Positions 39,770 through 51,545 of a DNA stretch of 64,000 nt are shown here, piece after piece. The DNA is taken from the NCBI RefSeq assembly GCF_006345805.1, contig NC_043014.1, positions 23,994,001 to 24,058,000 on the forward strand, read 5' to 3'. The position numbers were made by a program, and so were the translations under genes. How positions within the stretch are numbered: position 1 is the stretch's first letter; each line of letters begins with the position of its first letter. Source of the DNA: Octopus sinensis. Its lineage: Eukaryota. The notes below the pieces were generated by a model, which worked only from the letters and a program-made list of their open reading frames with translations, ran no database searches and had not been told where the DNA came from.

Positions 39770-40268
39770 AAAATAATAGTTATCGCCATACTAATATGGC
39801 ATTCTTATAAAAATAAGAAAAAAGCTGTCCGCTTATTAGCTCCATGAGGCCATCGCCTTAAGTTAGCTATTTGATACACAAACTGTATCCATATAACCTT
39901 CGAACAAGGGAGGTCAGTCGCTCCACACTACTTGACCAGCAGCTACAGACGCGTTTCGGAGTATTGCCCCTTTTCAATGCAGCGTAGCCAGCCAGTAGGT
40001 GTCGCTTCCGACAATCTCTGTTCGATGGTTTTATTTACCTAGTTTCGGTGGAATACATCCACTTGTTTTCAATAATAGAAATATTAAAATAACTAAGTCT
40101 CTCTAAAAGAGAACAGCGGCAGCGTTCCCGGAAAATAATAGTTATCGCCATACTAATATGGCATTCTTATAAAAATAAGAAAAAAGCTGTCCGCTTATTA
40201 GCTCCATGAGGCCATCGCCTTAAGTTAGCTATTTGATACACAAACTGTATCCATATAACCTTCGAACA
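39770..40268 (-). mobile_element. Penelope pseudo-LTR / retrozyme-like tandem unit (362-nt period, 1.4 copies)
   Basis: Identical 137-bp direct repeats 39770-39906 and 40132-40268 enclosing the hammerhead motif; CpG-rich; abuts (TA)n. Confidence 0.7.
39942..39983 (-). ncRNA. Minimal type I hammerhead ribozyme, U3-A8 core variant
   Basis: Minus strand GCTGCA-TTGAAAA-GGGG caata CTCC-GAAA-CGCG-TC-TGTAGC: stem I 6 bp, stem II 4 bp, palindromic ACGCGT stem III, GUC cleavage triplet. Confidence 0.8.
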
Positions 40269-40269
40269 T

Positions 40270-40530
40270 GTCACCTACTGCATCTCCTACTCTCTCTGTC
40301 TTTCCCTGTATATTGGTCAAACAGGCCAGTGCTTAGCCAACTGGTTTGCCAAACATCTCCAGAACATCAGACTCAGCAATGATACCCCAGGCATTCTGCT
40401 CAACAGGTGAATCGCTACATCTGTCTGTGTTCAGACTGGCCTTGCACAGAGGCCACCTGGATTCCCACCTCTGATGAGAGCAGGAATCTATTTTCTCTCT
40501 TCATTCCTCAGTTCCTCAGTCTCAATTCAT
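40270..40530 (+). mobile_element. Penelope-like GIY-YIG endonuclease remnant
   Basis: Translates VTYCISYSLCLSLYIGQTGQCLANWFAKHLQNIR, matching the PLE pattern VIYxIxCxxCxxxYIGQTGRxLxxRFxEH; later EQExIFSL. Confidence 0.8.
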
Positions 40531-42100
40531 CACCCCCACACATTTTCACACATCCATTTTCCACTACCCCTCCTCCTCTACCTCCCATACACCTATCGTG
40601 GCCATGCATTGCCCTCTTTTGACCACCCTGTTATCACCCCATTTTTCTCCAACGCCCCACCCTCCGGACCTTTCCATCGCCCACTTTGAGAACCACTGGC
40701 AAAGGAGTTCCTGCATATGCCATATTTATATATCATTGTCAACATATTTATCAATGATCAGTTTCGCTTTTCGTTTGATTCAAGTTCACTCAAGTGTTAA
40801 CATTGAGGAAAGACAGAACATTATAACAGTGAACGGTTTATAATTTGGACATTTTTATAAAGTTACAAGCATCATGTCATATTTCATTTAGATACTATAA
40901 ATGTTTAGCTAGTATATGAAATTGTTTTGTTTTGTTATTTTCTTTTCTTCTGTAGGTAAAGCCTATATTCTTTATTATGTTAAGAGGTCGTCTATTTGGC
41001 GATCTTGAAGTTCAACTTAGGGTAAGGGGACTAACAGCTATTTCCCCATAAAATGGCATGTAGGGAGATACGCAAGCATCCACTCAAGGCACACACTCAT
41101 TCTGGGCAATAGCATTTAGAGAGCAAGGTAAACACAGATATTACGCTAAGAGAGCCAGGGAAACAATCATTCTAGATAATGATAAACTATAATGGTATTA
41201 CACATCTGTAAACAACAAAACACACACAAAAGCATTACTTCCAGTCCTTCACTTTGCATCTGTTCAAAAGGAAACTGACAGATGTATCAATAAGAGTTCT
41301 CATGAACAAGAACTGATCTGTTGACGAGTTGAAACCATCGCTGCGGTTTTACGAAGCGTTGTGGAAAAGTCATGGGACGTCATGACTTACCCAATAAACT
41401 ATTTTCCAGATATAAAAAAATAGAATCGTTTCTTTATTTCTGCTATGTGAAACGACAAATATGTCTAATGGTAATTTTTCTTTTCTATTTTTTTTTTTTA
41501 CTTTATAAAACGTTTCAAATTTATAATATCAATAACGTAAGACCGGAAAACGTTCATGCCTTCCTTAAGCCCAGATCGTAAATGAAGTGATGTAGCTACC
41601 GAGAACTAAAGCTTGATTTTGAACTCTGTCAGGAACTCATTTGCTCGACGGCGCTTATGCAATTAACGTGAAAAAAGAAAAAAAAAGCAGGTTGAGAGAA
41701 TTTCAAAGTTAGCTTTGAATTTTACAGCGAAAGTACAAATAAAAATTTTAAAAAATGAAAAGTAACTAAAAGAATATACATACATATGACCTGATCAACA
41801 ATCTAACTTGAAATGTTAATACACACCGGTTAGCATAGAGCAATTCTTTTAGTCACAAGAAAATTAAATATTGTAAACAGTGATATTATATATATCATGA
41901 ATATGTTGAAATGGTTTCATCGATCATTTAAAATAAATTTTTACAAAAAAAAAAAAAATATTAAAAAGTATTAATGATGTGGAATTTTCATAAAAAAGTG
42001 TCAATATTTATCTATCTCTATATATAACACCTACATAGTTATGTGTATACTTCATTCAAATAGACTAAAGAAAAATACGAGTGAATGATGCTACTTATAC

Positions 42101-42157
42101 CTTAGTTTTAAATTGCTGCAAAACATCAGTCGAAATCGGATTAAGTTGCTCCATCAT
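42101..42157 (-). CDS. C2H2 zinc-finger gene, probable first coding exon (MMEQLNPISTDVLQQFKTK)
   Basis: ATGATG start, 57 nt open, ends AAG|GTATAAG (phase 0), matching the phase-0 acceptor at 30118; lies in unique, relatively CpG-rich sequence. Confidence 0.65.
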
Positions 42158-42300
42158 TCTCAGAGTACAGTAAAGTTTTGGTATATATTTTCAACCGAAG
42201 AAATGATAACTTACAGTAAATTACAATAACTATGATATTCAACAACTTCGGTTTCCACCATAATGAAAGGAAAATGTGACTCTTTAACTGGAGATTTCAT
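42158..42300 (-). promoter_or_regulatory. Putative 5' UTR/core promoter of the zinc-finger gene, with a 16-codon upstream ORF (42261-42211)
   Basis: Unique sequence directly upstream of the inferred ATG; ATGGTGGAAACCGAAGT loosely resembles YY1/ETS-type motifs; TSS not observable. Confidence 0.3.
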
Positions 42301-42729
42301 GGCACTCAAGGGGAGACAAAATCGTATTTACAGTTTAAACAAGGCAGAGAACTCTCACTTTATCTTTTTCAAAGAAGGATCATCTGTGATCAAGTAAATC
42401 TCGATCAGAAACACTTTAACTGTGCTATCCTGTCTTCTTCTCAAACATAGTGTACCTAGAACCAGCTTTATTCAATGTGCTGTTCTGTTAAAATGATACG
42501 ATTTGATTTTATGGAGATATTGTGGTTATTTATAGCAGTTTGAAGTGTAGAGGCTCTCTCGGATTGTATACAGATGTATGCTGTTTCCAGCTGACTCTTA
42601 ACATGTCTCTAACGTCAAACTATTTCATACATTTTGACGCCTTTGTTTTTTTCTCGATTGACTTTCCTATATGACGAATAAGCAGAGCCAAAAAACATAT
42701 GCTCAATATAAATTTGGCATAATTATACA

Positions 42730-43275
42730 AATGTATACCCCACTGACTTTGTTAACTCATAACTTCCAGAAAGATGGATACTTTTTAACGAAACATTCAA
42801 CAAATAATCGATTAGATCCTGTAGTTTGAGTGTATGTAAAGATTTGTTGGAAAAACTTCTTCCGAGCGGTTCGGGAGAGGAGTTTCGGAAAATTCACACG
42901 ACCCGACATTTACCCCCTCATAACTTTCAGGAAAATGGGATCATGGGTAATTTTTAATGAAATTTTATACAAATACCTTTCAAACAATTGTAGATTACGA
43001 TTACAAAGAAATTTGTAAGCAAAATCTTTTGGAACGGGGCAGGGGGAGGAGTTTCTGGTAAAAACAGAGTTTCAGATCAGACGGCCCACATAAGATGGAA
43101 TTTCTCCGTTTTGACGTGGATTTTTCCCAACTTATTTTCCAGCACAGCCTCCAGAATGAAGGAAGCATTTTTTCAAGAAAAAAAGAAAAAATAGGATTTT
43201 TTTTTCACTCACGCCACCCCCTTTCCATGCCAGTTCGGAGTGATTTTAGCCAAATTTTTTTTTCACTATGTACTT
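42730..43275. repeat. Unclassified DNA-element remnant with ~158-bp internal tandem duplication
   Basis: ctcataactt...gaaa...gatt...tttg repeats at ~42756 and ~42916. Confidence 0.4.
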
Positions 43276-43372
43276 AAAACCTGTGAGGGAGACCTTTTTA
43301 GTTTAAAAAAAGGAATTGTTAATAATTTCAGAGGAAAATGTGTGATTTAAGGGAGATCTGGCTGTTGTTTCT

Positions 43373-43895
43373 AGCTGTGATGTAAAAGAAGAAAAAAGAC
43401 AGAAGCGTACCTGTTGGTCCAGAAAAAGGGTCACTTTCAACTTCCACGTGCTGTCTTGATCTCCAAGGTTCACTTCACATCCATGTGCAAGATCGAGACA
43501 ACACATGGATGTTGAAAATGACCCTTTTTCCAGACCGACAGGTAAGACTACTGTAATTCTCTCTTCACTTCTGACTTTTTTCTTCTATTTCTAGGTATAG
43601 CAGCAACGCTGATCCATCAAGGTCCAACAGTATAAAACTCACTAGATCATCTATACTTTGTCACCAACTTAATTTTTTGCAGCCAAGCGGTCACATTTCC
43701 CTCACCACAAAATAGCCTAACCATCTCATTCAAAACACAGACCATACCCATAATTTTTTTTTTTTTCTATTTGAGCCGAAATAGCTTGTGATGTAACAGA
43801 AGTGAAGAGAGAATTACAGTAGTCTTACCTGTCGGTCCGGAAAAAGGGTCACTTTCAACATTCATGTGCTGTCTCGATCTCCAAGGTTCACTTCA
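43373..43895. repeat. Direct-inverted-direct triplication of an ~85-110 bp segment
   Basis: 43400-43461 and 43795-43881 are direct copies; 43491-43573 is their reverse complement. Confidence 0.85.
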
Positions 43896-44049
43896 TGTGC
43901 ACTATCCGTTGCTGTACTGTCTCAAACGTCTGCTCTGATGTGCTGTTCGCCACTGACTGACCCTTGTGCTTCACTGAATTCCACATATCCACCGTGGCAC
44001 TTCAGGTGAGATCCACAGGCTCCACTTCTGACAGGACATGCCTACTCCC

Positions 44050-44334
44050 GGATCTTTACCCTTTGAATGGCAGATCGAGAAATTAATTTTTTGTAACTAA
44101 ACACTTTCAAACTTCGGACACTGGTAGAATGTGTCATATAAAACATCTTTTACTCTTAGTGTTGTTGAGAAAAGTTTGTATTTTCAAAGTTATTTCGTGC
44201 TAAAGTTGTCGTATTTCGGTAATTTCAAGAGTAAAAGATGTTTTATATGATACATTCTACCAGTGTCCGAAGTTTGAAAGTGTTTAGTTACAAAAAATTA
44301 ATTTCTCGATCTGCTGTTCAAAGGGAAAAGATCC
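44050..44334. mobile_element. MITE with ~108-bp TIRs and 8-bp TSD (Merlin-like)
   Basis: GGATCTTT...AAAGATCC termini; CTACTCCC duplicated at 44042-44049 and 44335-44342. Confidence 0.85.
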
Positions 44335-44779
44335 CTACTCCCTCACTTCCGATCCTTCCCTACAACACAGCTTGGCTCATAACACCACACTAGCACAACC
44401 CAAGACCTCCCTCTTCGTTTCTTTCTCACTCACGTCTATTGATGTTTTTCAATATTTTTCCCCCCCATAAATACATTTTATGGAATAATGATACCAAAGT
44501 AACACATGTGTTGTCCATTGCTGGGATATAAGAAAAGAAAAAAGAAATGGTAATTTAAATTTTTACTCACACCCCAACCGAACGAGGCTGCATATGCAGG
44601 GGTTGTAAAAAATTAATTGCAATATATTGGTCCAATTAATTGATTGGGGTTGTACTGTCAAATTCTTGCATTGTATCCTTACGAGAAGTTTTTAAAGGTA
44701 TTTGCTTCTATCGGCAACCATTGTGCACAGCCCAAATTTTGAAAGTAGAGTTGTGAAAATTTTATAACATGCAGAAACA

Positions 44780-46050
44780 GAGCTAACTGTGGGTGAAGTA
44801 GCTGCTCTACATCAGCTGAGAGTGATGGCAGACATGTCACAACAGTCTGATTTAACTAATCGGATCTCTAAGGGAGCTCGGAATAGCTTTGCTTGCATGC
44901 TCTCCAGCTTGTTGAAAAACATATGTTTATCCAACAATGCATCCAACTGGCAGAAACTGTTTCTGTTCCCTCTCTTCTCTCTCCATGTGCACAATGTGAA
45001 ATTGGACTCCATTACATCCTCTCTCAAGCAACAGTTCCAGCTATTTGAATCCACCCCGACCACTTCTCACCTCAATTTGACATCGAGCAAGGTGCCTACT
45101 GACAGGCAACCTATAAACCTCAAGCATGCAGTCAATGCCAAATTCAGTGACTCTGATATAAAAGGAATTATCCATCTCCTCTCTTCTCTATCCTCCCCCG
45201 CATCATGTAACTCTGAGTTTCTTAAACGTCTGAAAGAGAAGCACCCATCGGCACCCCCAGATAATCAACTAAACTGGCCCAATCCCCCAGAATACTTGAG
45301 ACCAGTCTTCACCTCTGATAAAATCAGAAAGTGATTTCATCCTTCCCTGCTGGTTCAGGTGCGGGAATTCATGGCCTTTAGCCTCAACACCTCGAGGATG
45401 GTATCTCCTTATCAGCCGGTGACTTGAAGAATTTGACTCAGTTTATGAACCAGTTCTCTTCAGCGAATGTCCTCCCTTATATCCACCCACTATTCTTTGG
45501 TGCAAAATTATTTGGTCTCACTAAACCCAATGGAGATCTGCGCACCATTGCAGTCGGCTGCACCCTTCGCCATTTAACTGCAAAGGTGTTCTTACAATTG
45601 GTCTCTAGCTTACTGGAGGAGGAATTTCCCCCATTCAGCTATGAGTGGGCACCAAATTGGGAGGTGAAGCTGCTGCCCACACTACCAGAGCCTATGCCCT
45701 CCTTGTTACCCAAGGTCATCCGCAAACTTGACCTTAAGAATTCTTCAACTCCACCAGCCACAATGCTGTCCTCAGCTTAGTAAGACAGAAGGTCCCACAA
45801 CTCTACTGCCTTGCATGGCAGGCTTATCGGGATCCCTCCTATCTCTCTTTCAGTGACCAAATCATCACCTCTGCCTCAGGAGTCCAACAGGGCAATCCAC
45901 TCAGGCCTGCTCTGTTCACACTGGGCATTGATGACATCACCAAGATGAGGGGCAAGCTAAATCCTCAATGTCTGGTATCTCAATGATGCTTGTTTGGAGG
46001 ACCTCCGGAAAGGGTTCTCGTCATTGCAAACATGATGGTCAAGGAGCTTA
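44780..46050 (+). mobile_element. CRE-clade (early-branching, RLE-type) non-LTR retrotransposon RT remnant
   Basis: LKEKHP, FPAGSGAGIHGL*PQHL, FFGAKLFGLTKPNGDLRTIAVGCTLRHL, GVQQGNPL, VWYLND; multiple stops and frameshifts. Confidence 0.8.
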
Positions 46051-46122
46051 TCATTTATAGCAGAGATAATAGTAGCAGATTCTGGGTTAAACTATACCCT
46101 ATTTTAATAGTTTTAATATTAA

Positions 46123-46488
46123 CTAGCAGTATCGCCCGGCGTTGCTCAGGTTTGTAAGGGAAATAACTATAAAGCATTTTTAGAGAGTTATAGCCAAAAA
46201 ATGGAAAAAAATGATGGTAAATTTTTTTTTGAGATTTAAAAAAGGTGGAGTTGCGTCCCCTAGACAGTTTGTGGTTCGTGTTTCTGATTCTCGACCCCAT
46301 GTCGAATTTATCGATTTTTTTCAGAACTGGGGGAACTTTTCAAAATTTTCGCTGGGTTAGTTTTGAATTATGACATTGGGCTATGTGTGTGTCAAGTTTC
46401 ATCAGAATCGGTTGAAAGCCGTGGTCAGGGTGAGGGTACAACCTGACAGACACACAGACAGACAAACTGCCGTTTATATAGAGAGAGA
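46123..46488 (-). mobile_element. Non-autonomous Helitron
   Basis: Minus strand A|TC...CTAG|T ends, (CTGT)n near 5' end, GC-rich subterminal segment before CTAG. Confidence 0.8.
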
Positions 46489-47007
46489 TAATTTCATGAA
46501 ATGTATTGTTATTGTTAAAATACTTAATAATTGAAAGGATAGATTTTACTAGATTACTCTTAATTTGCAGTATCAACCATATCATTAACTTTGATATTAT
46601 ATTAATCTCTTCTTTTCCTTCTTTAAGACATAAAATATGCACTACCTTCTCCCCATGTAGAATTGAGGCCTTCTATAACCGGCTCTTTTTGTATATACGC
46701 TATCAATTAATGGTTTATAGCCATTATCTCAACATGTATTTCTAATCAGTATGTCTTTTCTACCTCTGAAGAGATTCATCTTATGATTTTAATTTTATAA
46801 ATTAATCATCTAAAGATTTCTGAATCAAAACAGCTGTCAATAGGCACCACACAGGTCATCTTGTGACAAGAACACAACAATATTGATCACTCCAAAATAT
46901 TCCGTTTCTTTATTCTTGATGAACTTAACTCTCCTCTCCACTATTTTCAATTACTATTAGTCTTATCTTTATTATTATTTATATATTTATTTTCTTCTTT
47001 ATTTCAT

Positions 47008-47100
47008 TTCTTCTTCTTCTTCTTCTTCTTCTTCTTCTTCTTCTTCTCCTCCTCCTCCTCCTCCTCCTCCTCCTTCTTCTTCTTCTTCTTCTTCTTCTTC
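47008..47100. repeat. Compound (CTT)n(CCT)n(CTT)n microsatellite
   Basis: Directly visible pure polypyrimidine tract. Confidence 0.95.
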
Positions 47101-47377
47101 ACACATGGTTTTGTATTTTTATATATATATATATTTTTTTATATATTCTCCCCTTTTTTGTGTATATTTTTTGTATTTATACTCATAAGAAAAAGTCTTT
47201 TGCTATTTAAGTAACCAGTAAAACATACATTTTTCAGTTTGAAAACAGCTACTTGAGGCTCAAAACTCATATCAGAGTAACTCACTGTAAACATTATTAT
47301 TAAGATTAAAATAAAAATTATCCCCCTACAGAAGCCATCTCTACTCATTTTTTCAAATATATATATATATATATATA

Positions 47378-47830
47378 TCATCATCATCATCATCATCGTT
47401 TAACGTCCGCTTTCCATGCTAGCATGGGTTGGACGGTTCAACTGGGGTCTGGCAAGCCCGAAGGCTGCACCAGGCCAGTCAGATCTGGCAGTGTTTCTAC
47501 AGCTGGATGCCCTTCCTAACGCCAACCACTCCGAGAGTGTAGTGGGTGATTTTATGTGCCACCGACACAGGTGCCAGACGAGGCTGGCAGACGCCCACGC
47601 TCGGATGGTGTTTTTTATGTGCCACCGGCACAGGTGCCAGACGAGGCTGGCGAATGGCCACGCTCAGATGGTGTTTGTTACGTGCCCACAGCACAGAGGC
47701 CAGTCGATGCGGTACTGGCTACGGTCACGTTCGGATGGTTTTCTTATGTGCCACCGGCACTGGTACCACAAGGATACAAATTCCATTGATATTCATCTAT
47801 TTTGATTTGGTTTGGTTTGATTTGATTTTT
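47378..47830 (-). mobile_element. Young RTE 3' UTR-only insertion next to (TA)n
   Basis: Nearly identical to 36062-36500; truncated at the internal (GATTT)n tract. Confidence 0.92.
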
Positions 47831-48054
47831 TGATTTTTCATAATTTTGAAGTATCTATAAAACCATCAAAAGCTTGTTCATTTTTATGTTTTTGATTTAT
47901 TATTAGTGTTGCTTAATATGTTTTGCTAAAATTGCTGTTTCTTTTCAGATATCAGAAAAAGGTAATTAAAATTCATTAAAATTCATATATATATGAATTC
48001 ATAAAATATATATATATGAATATATATAAAATATATATATATGAATTCATAAAA

Positions 48055-48104
<50 letters not shown>

Positions 48105-48106
<2 letters not shown>

Positions 48107-48402
48107 GAGGCGCAATGGCCTAGTGGTTAGGGCAGCAGACTCGCGGTCGTAGGATCGCGGTTTCGATTCCCAGACCGGGCGTTGTGAATGTTTATTGAGC
48201 GAAAAAATGCTTCACGAGGCTCCGGCAGGGGGTGGTGGTCCCTACTGTACTCTTTCACCACTCTTTCTCCCACTCTTTCTTCTGTTGGCCTGCTCGCTTA
48301 GCCAGCGGGGTAGCGTCATTCAAAGGCTAAAACAATGCGAACGCATTGTGATCAGCGATGTGTAAAACATCTGATGGTCTGGTCGGTCACGTGATCACGT
48401 GA
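48105..48402 (+). mobile_element. Young tRNA-derived SINE inserted in (TA)n
   Basis: A box TGGCCTAGTGG, B box GGTTTCGATTCC, CpG-rich body, (TA)n on both sides. Confidence 0.88.
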
Positions 48403-50659
48403 TATATATATATATATATATATACATATTCTTTTACGTGTTTCACTCATTTGACTGCAGCCATGCTGGAACACTACCTTAAAGAGTTTTAGTTGAAGAA
48501 ATTTATCCCAGGCTTTATTCCTTGTAAGCCAAGTACTTATTCTATCACTAAGTTATGGTGACATAAACACATCAACATCGATTGTCAAGCAATGGTGGTG
48601 GTAGGGGGTGACAAGCACACACACATGCATAAATACACACACACACATGTAAGGTGAGCTGGCAGAAGCGTGAGCAAGCCGGACGAAATGCTTAGTGGTA
48701 TTTCGTCTCAGTTCAAATATCACCAAGGTCGACTTTGCCTTTCATCATCTTGGGGTCAAGTAAATAAGTACCAGTTACACACTGAGGTCGGTGTAATCAA
48801 CTTAATACCTTTGTCTGTCCTTGTTTGTCCCCTCTATGTTTAGTCCCCTGTGGGCAATAAAGAAATATATATATGATGTATGATGGGCTTCTTTCAGTTT
48901 TCGTCTACCAAATCAACACACATGCTGAAGTGTCAGTCATGAATTTTCCAATTTTCTAGGAATTAATGAAATAAATGAAAAATAGTTTCAACTAGAAATT
49001 GAAACCAAGTTATGAACTTGATTGTGAATCATAGTTTATTACAAGTGATGAGTGGTCAAATATTAGACTTTATGTTAATAAATACTTGTTCTCAGAATGA
49101 GAAATAGCAAAATTAATACTTGCTGGATCTGACCATAAAACAACAAAATATCAGAAATGATGTCATAAAATTCCTCTCAATCCTGCTGTTTTATGTTTAA
49201 TTTTCTTATCGGGATGGTTTCTCCAAAATTGGACATTAGTATATACTGTCAGAAATGCTTTTACAGTTGGACACCCCCATACTACTCATTTTACAACTAA
49301 AGTTAAAACAGGACCTGAAGCAAGCAGAATTATAATGACAACACAGTACACTGCTTTTAGTAGTGTTTGAACTCATAGTCACATGCTCAGTAGACTAACA
49401 ACTGAAATTTACAGCAGTTTAGTCTCTGCCAAGTTATTAGCACATCTTATTTTAATTGAAATACACACAGGAAAAATATACTTTTCTAGGTATTGTCTAA
49501 CAATCAATCATTGATTAAATCAATGAAAAATAATTGCATCTTTCAATCAATAATCCATTTTTAGAGCACCAATATAACATAGTTTTCCTGTACCTTTTAT
49601 GAGATTCTAGCTGAATATCCTGTCATTGCTGGGCATTTTTTACAATAGAATGTCTTGTATAAATTTTTGTCTATTCCATGTCAGACAGAGAGGCCTCTTG
49701 ATCAGGAAGAATTCTTGCAATTTTTCACAAAAAACTTTGTTGAGGACTTTTTTTCCTTTTTAAATTATTTACATGTATGTTCAACCATTTCGCATGACTT
49801 TATTCATTAAAACTTATTAAAACTTCAGAAGTTCTTACAACTCTGATTGTCATAATGCTTTGCTTTCGTTTGTTTAATAAAAATTCCTCCTTGTAATGAT
49901 TTTGCTTTCATTTTGTGATAGACAGCTATCATGCAGAAAATGCCAGTTTCCAAATCCTGTTTTCTGATTAGGTAAAACTGATTAAAATTTAAACCTCAGT
50001 AACATTTTTCTGCAATTTTTCTGGAACAAATAAATAACAAAATCAGATTTAACAAGGAAAATTATTTCAATATACAAAATTTGAAAATGTTGACGTAATT
50101 TTAAAATTTTGCAATATGTGACAGCAACAGGGAAGACCCTACAAAAGTAGAAAGACAAAGAATTATAGGACGTCACTCACACACACACACAAACACACAC
50201 ACATTTACAAATTTACACAAAAGTAATCATGAGTTTAAAATGGTGTATAGTAGACATATGTATTTATGTATGTACATGTATGTATGTATATATGTATGTG
50301 TGTGTGAGCGTTTCTTTACGATGGACAGCAGAAAAGCAACCTACCCTTCTCTCCTTAAAGCTATGTATCCCTCACACCCACCTCTCTTTCCCTTACTCAG
50401 TGTATTGAAAGTTACTTATGTGTGTGTGTGTGTGTATGCATGTATCTATGTATTTACAAATCTATGCAGTGTCACTTGTATATCTCTGAATGACAGCTGT
50501 ATTATCGTTACCATCCCACTGCTACTCCATATCTGTCACTTACAAAATGCTGTTCTCCCTTTTTATTGAAGTCCAACAGGTATTAAATGATGATGATGAT
50601 GGTGGAAGTTTATTAAAATAAATTTCATTTTCGAAATTTAATAGAATCTACTCACAGAA

Positions 50660-51200
50660 TTTCAGGATTGAAAACATTTGTGCAAATTTTTCTAGCTAGG
50701 TTAAATGGAATATTTGTTTTGTTATGTTTTGGGTGCTATGAAGTAAATAGTAGGTTCAGAGTTTGTTGGTTTGTATTGGATGTCAGTTTCTGTGTTTGTG
50801 ATATTCTTTATGATCAAAAATATCTAGGAAGGATAATTGGTTTTGGCTATATTACATTATGTAGTGAATACAGTTCCTGATGCTAATGGGTATGAATTTG
50901 AAACCATTGAGTTGATTGAGATTTTATGTCCACAGAATGGGGCAATCATCTAAGTATCATTTCCTATTTTCCACTGGTTATTTTTAGAAGTTGACACTGT
51001 ACAATCCCTTCGTTTTTTATGCAGCTAAACTTCACTGTATGCCATGACTAAGTTGGCATATGTTAGGGCAGTCCCAAATATTTGTTGCAGTCCCAAATAT
51101 TTGTTGATAGGTGTTTCCCTTGGAAATGAAGTAATTTTGAAGAATGAATTTTAATCTCTCTGTGATGAAGAGGAATTTGCAAGTGTGAAGTTTTATTTCC
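50660..51200 (-). mobile_element. Degraded Penelope-like RT remnant flanked by ~85-bp inverted repeats (about 50575-50660 and 51482-51570)
   Basis: Motifs QIFGTA, SFLD, TDIQYKPTNS, HPKHNKTNIPFNLARKICT. Confidence 0.7.
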
Positions 51201-51545
51201 AGCAAGATAGTAAGGGCCTACCTTGACTAGATGATTCTGTCAAATAAGCAGAATATACAAAGATGGACAAAATGGTTTAGTAGAATACCCTCCACATTTA
51301 CCAGACACCACACCACTGTACTTCTGTGATGTGGACACTTAAAAGATACAGTTTATGGTACAAACTGTGGGCATCCATTGAATGAGACTACACACAAATA
51401 CCAAATATATTTTTTGATGTTATCAGCAATGCCTGGACTAAAACAGTCATCAGTTTGAAAACAGGTACTCATAAAAAATTAAATTATGTCAGTAGATTCT
51501 ATTAATTTCGAAAATGAAATTTATTTTAATAAACTTTCACCATTA

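Noticed and set aside
46643-46730. Neuropeptide-like string KR-AGYRRPQFYMG-RR* on the minus strand
   Set aside because: In-frame TGA just upstream, no convincing acceptor or signal-peptide exon; likely chance
46805-46845. Hammerhead-like GATT tctg AATC AAAA CAGCTG TC
   Set aside because: Both core boxes (CUGAnGA and GAAA) are broken; at most an ancient pLTR remnant
48105-48180. tRNA gene
   Set aside because: A/B boxes present but no clean cloverleaf or oligo-T terminator, and it continues into a SINE body inserted in (TA)n
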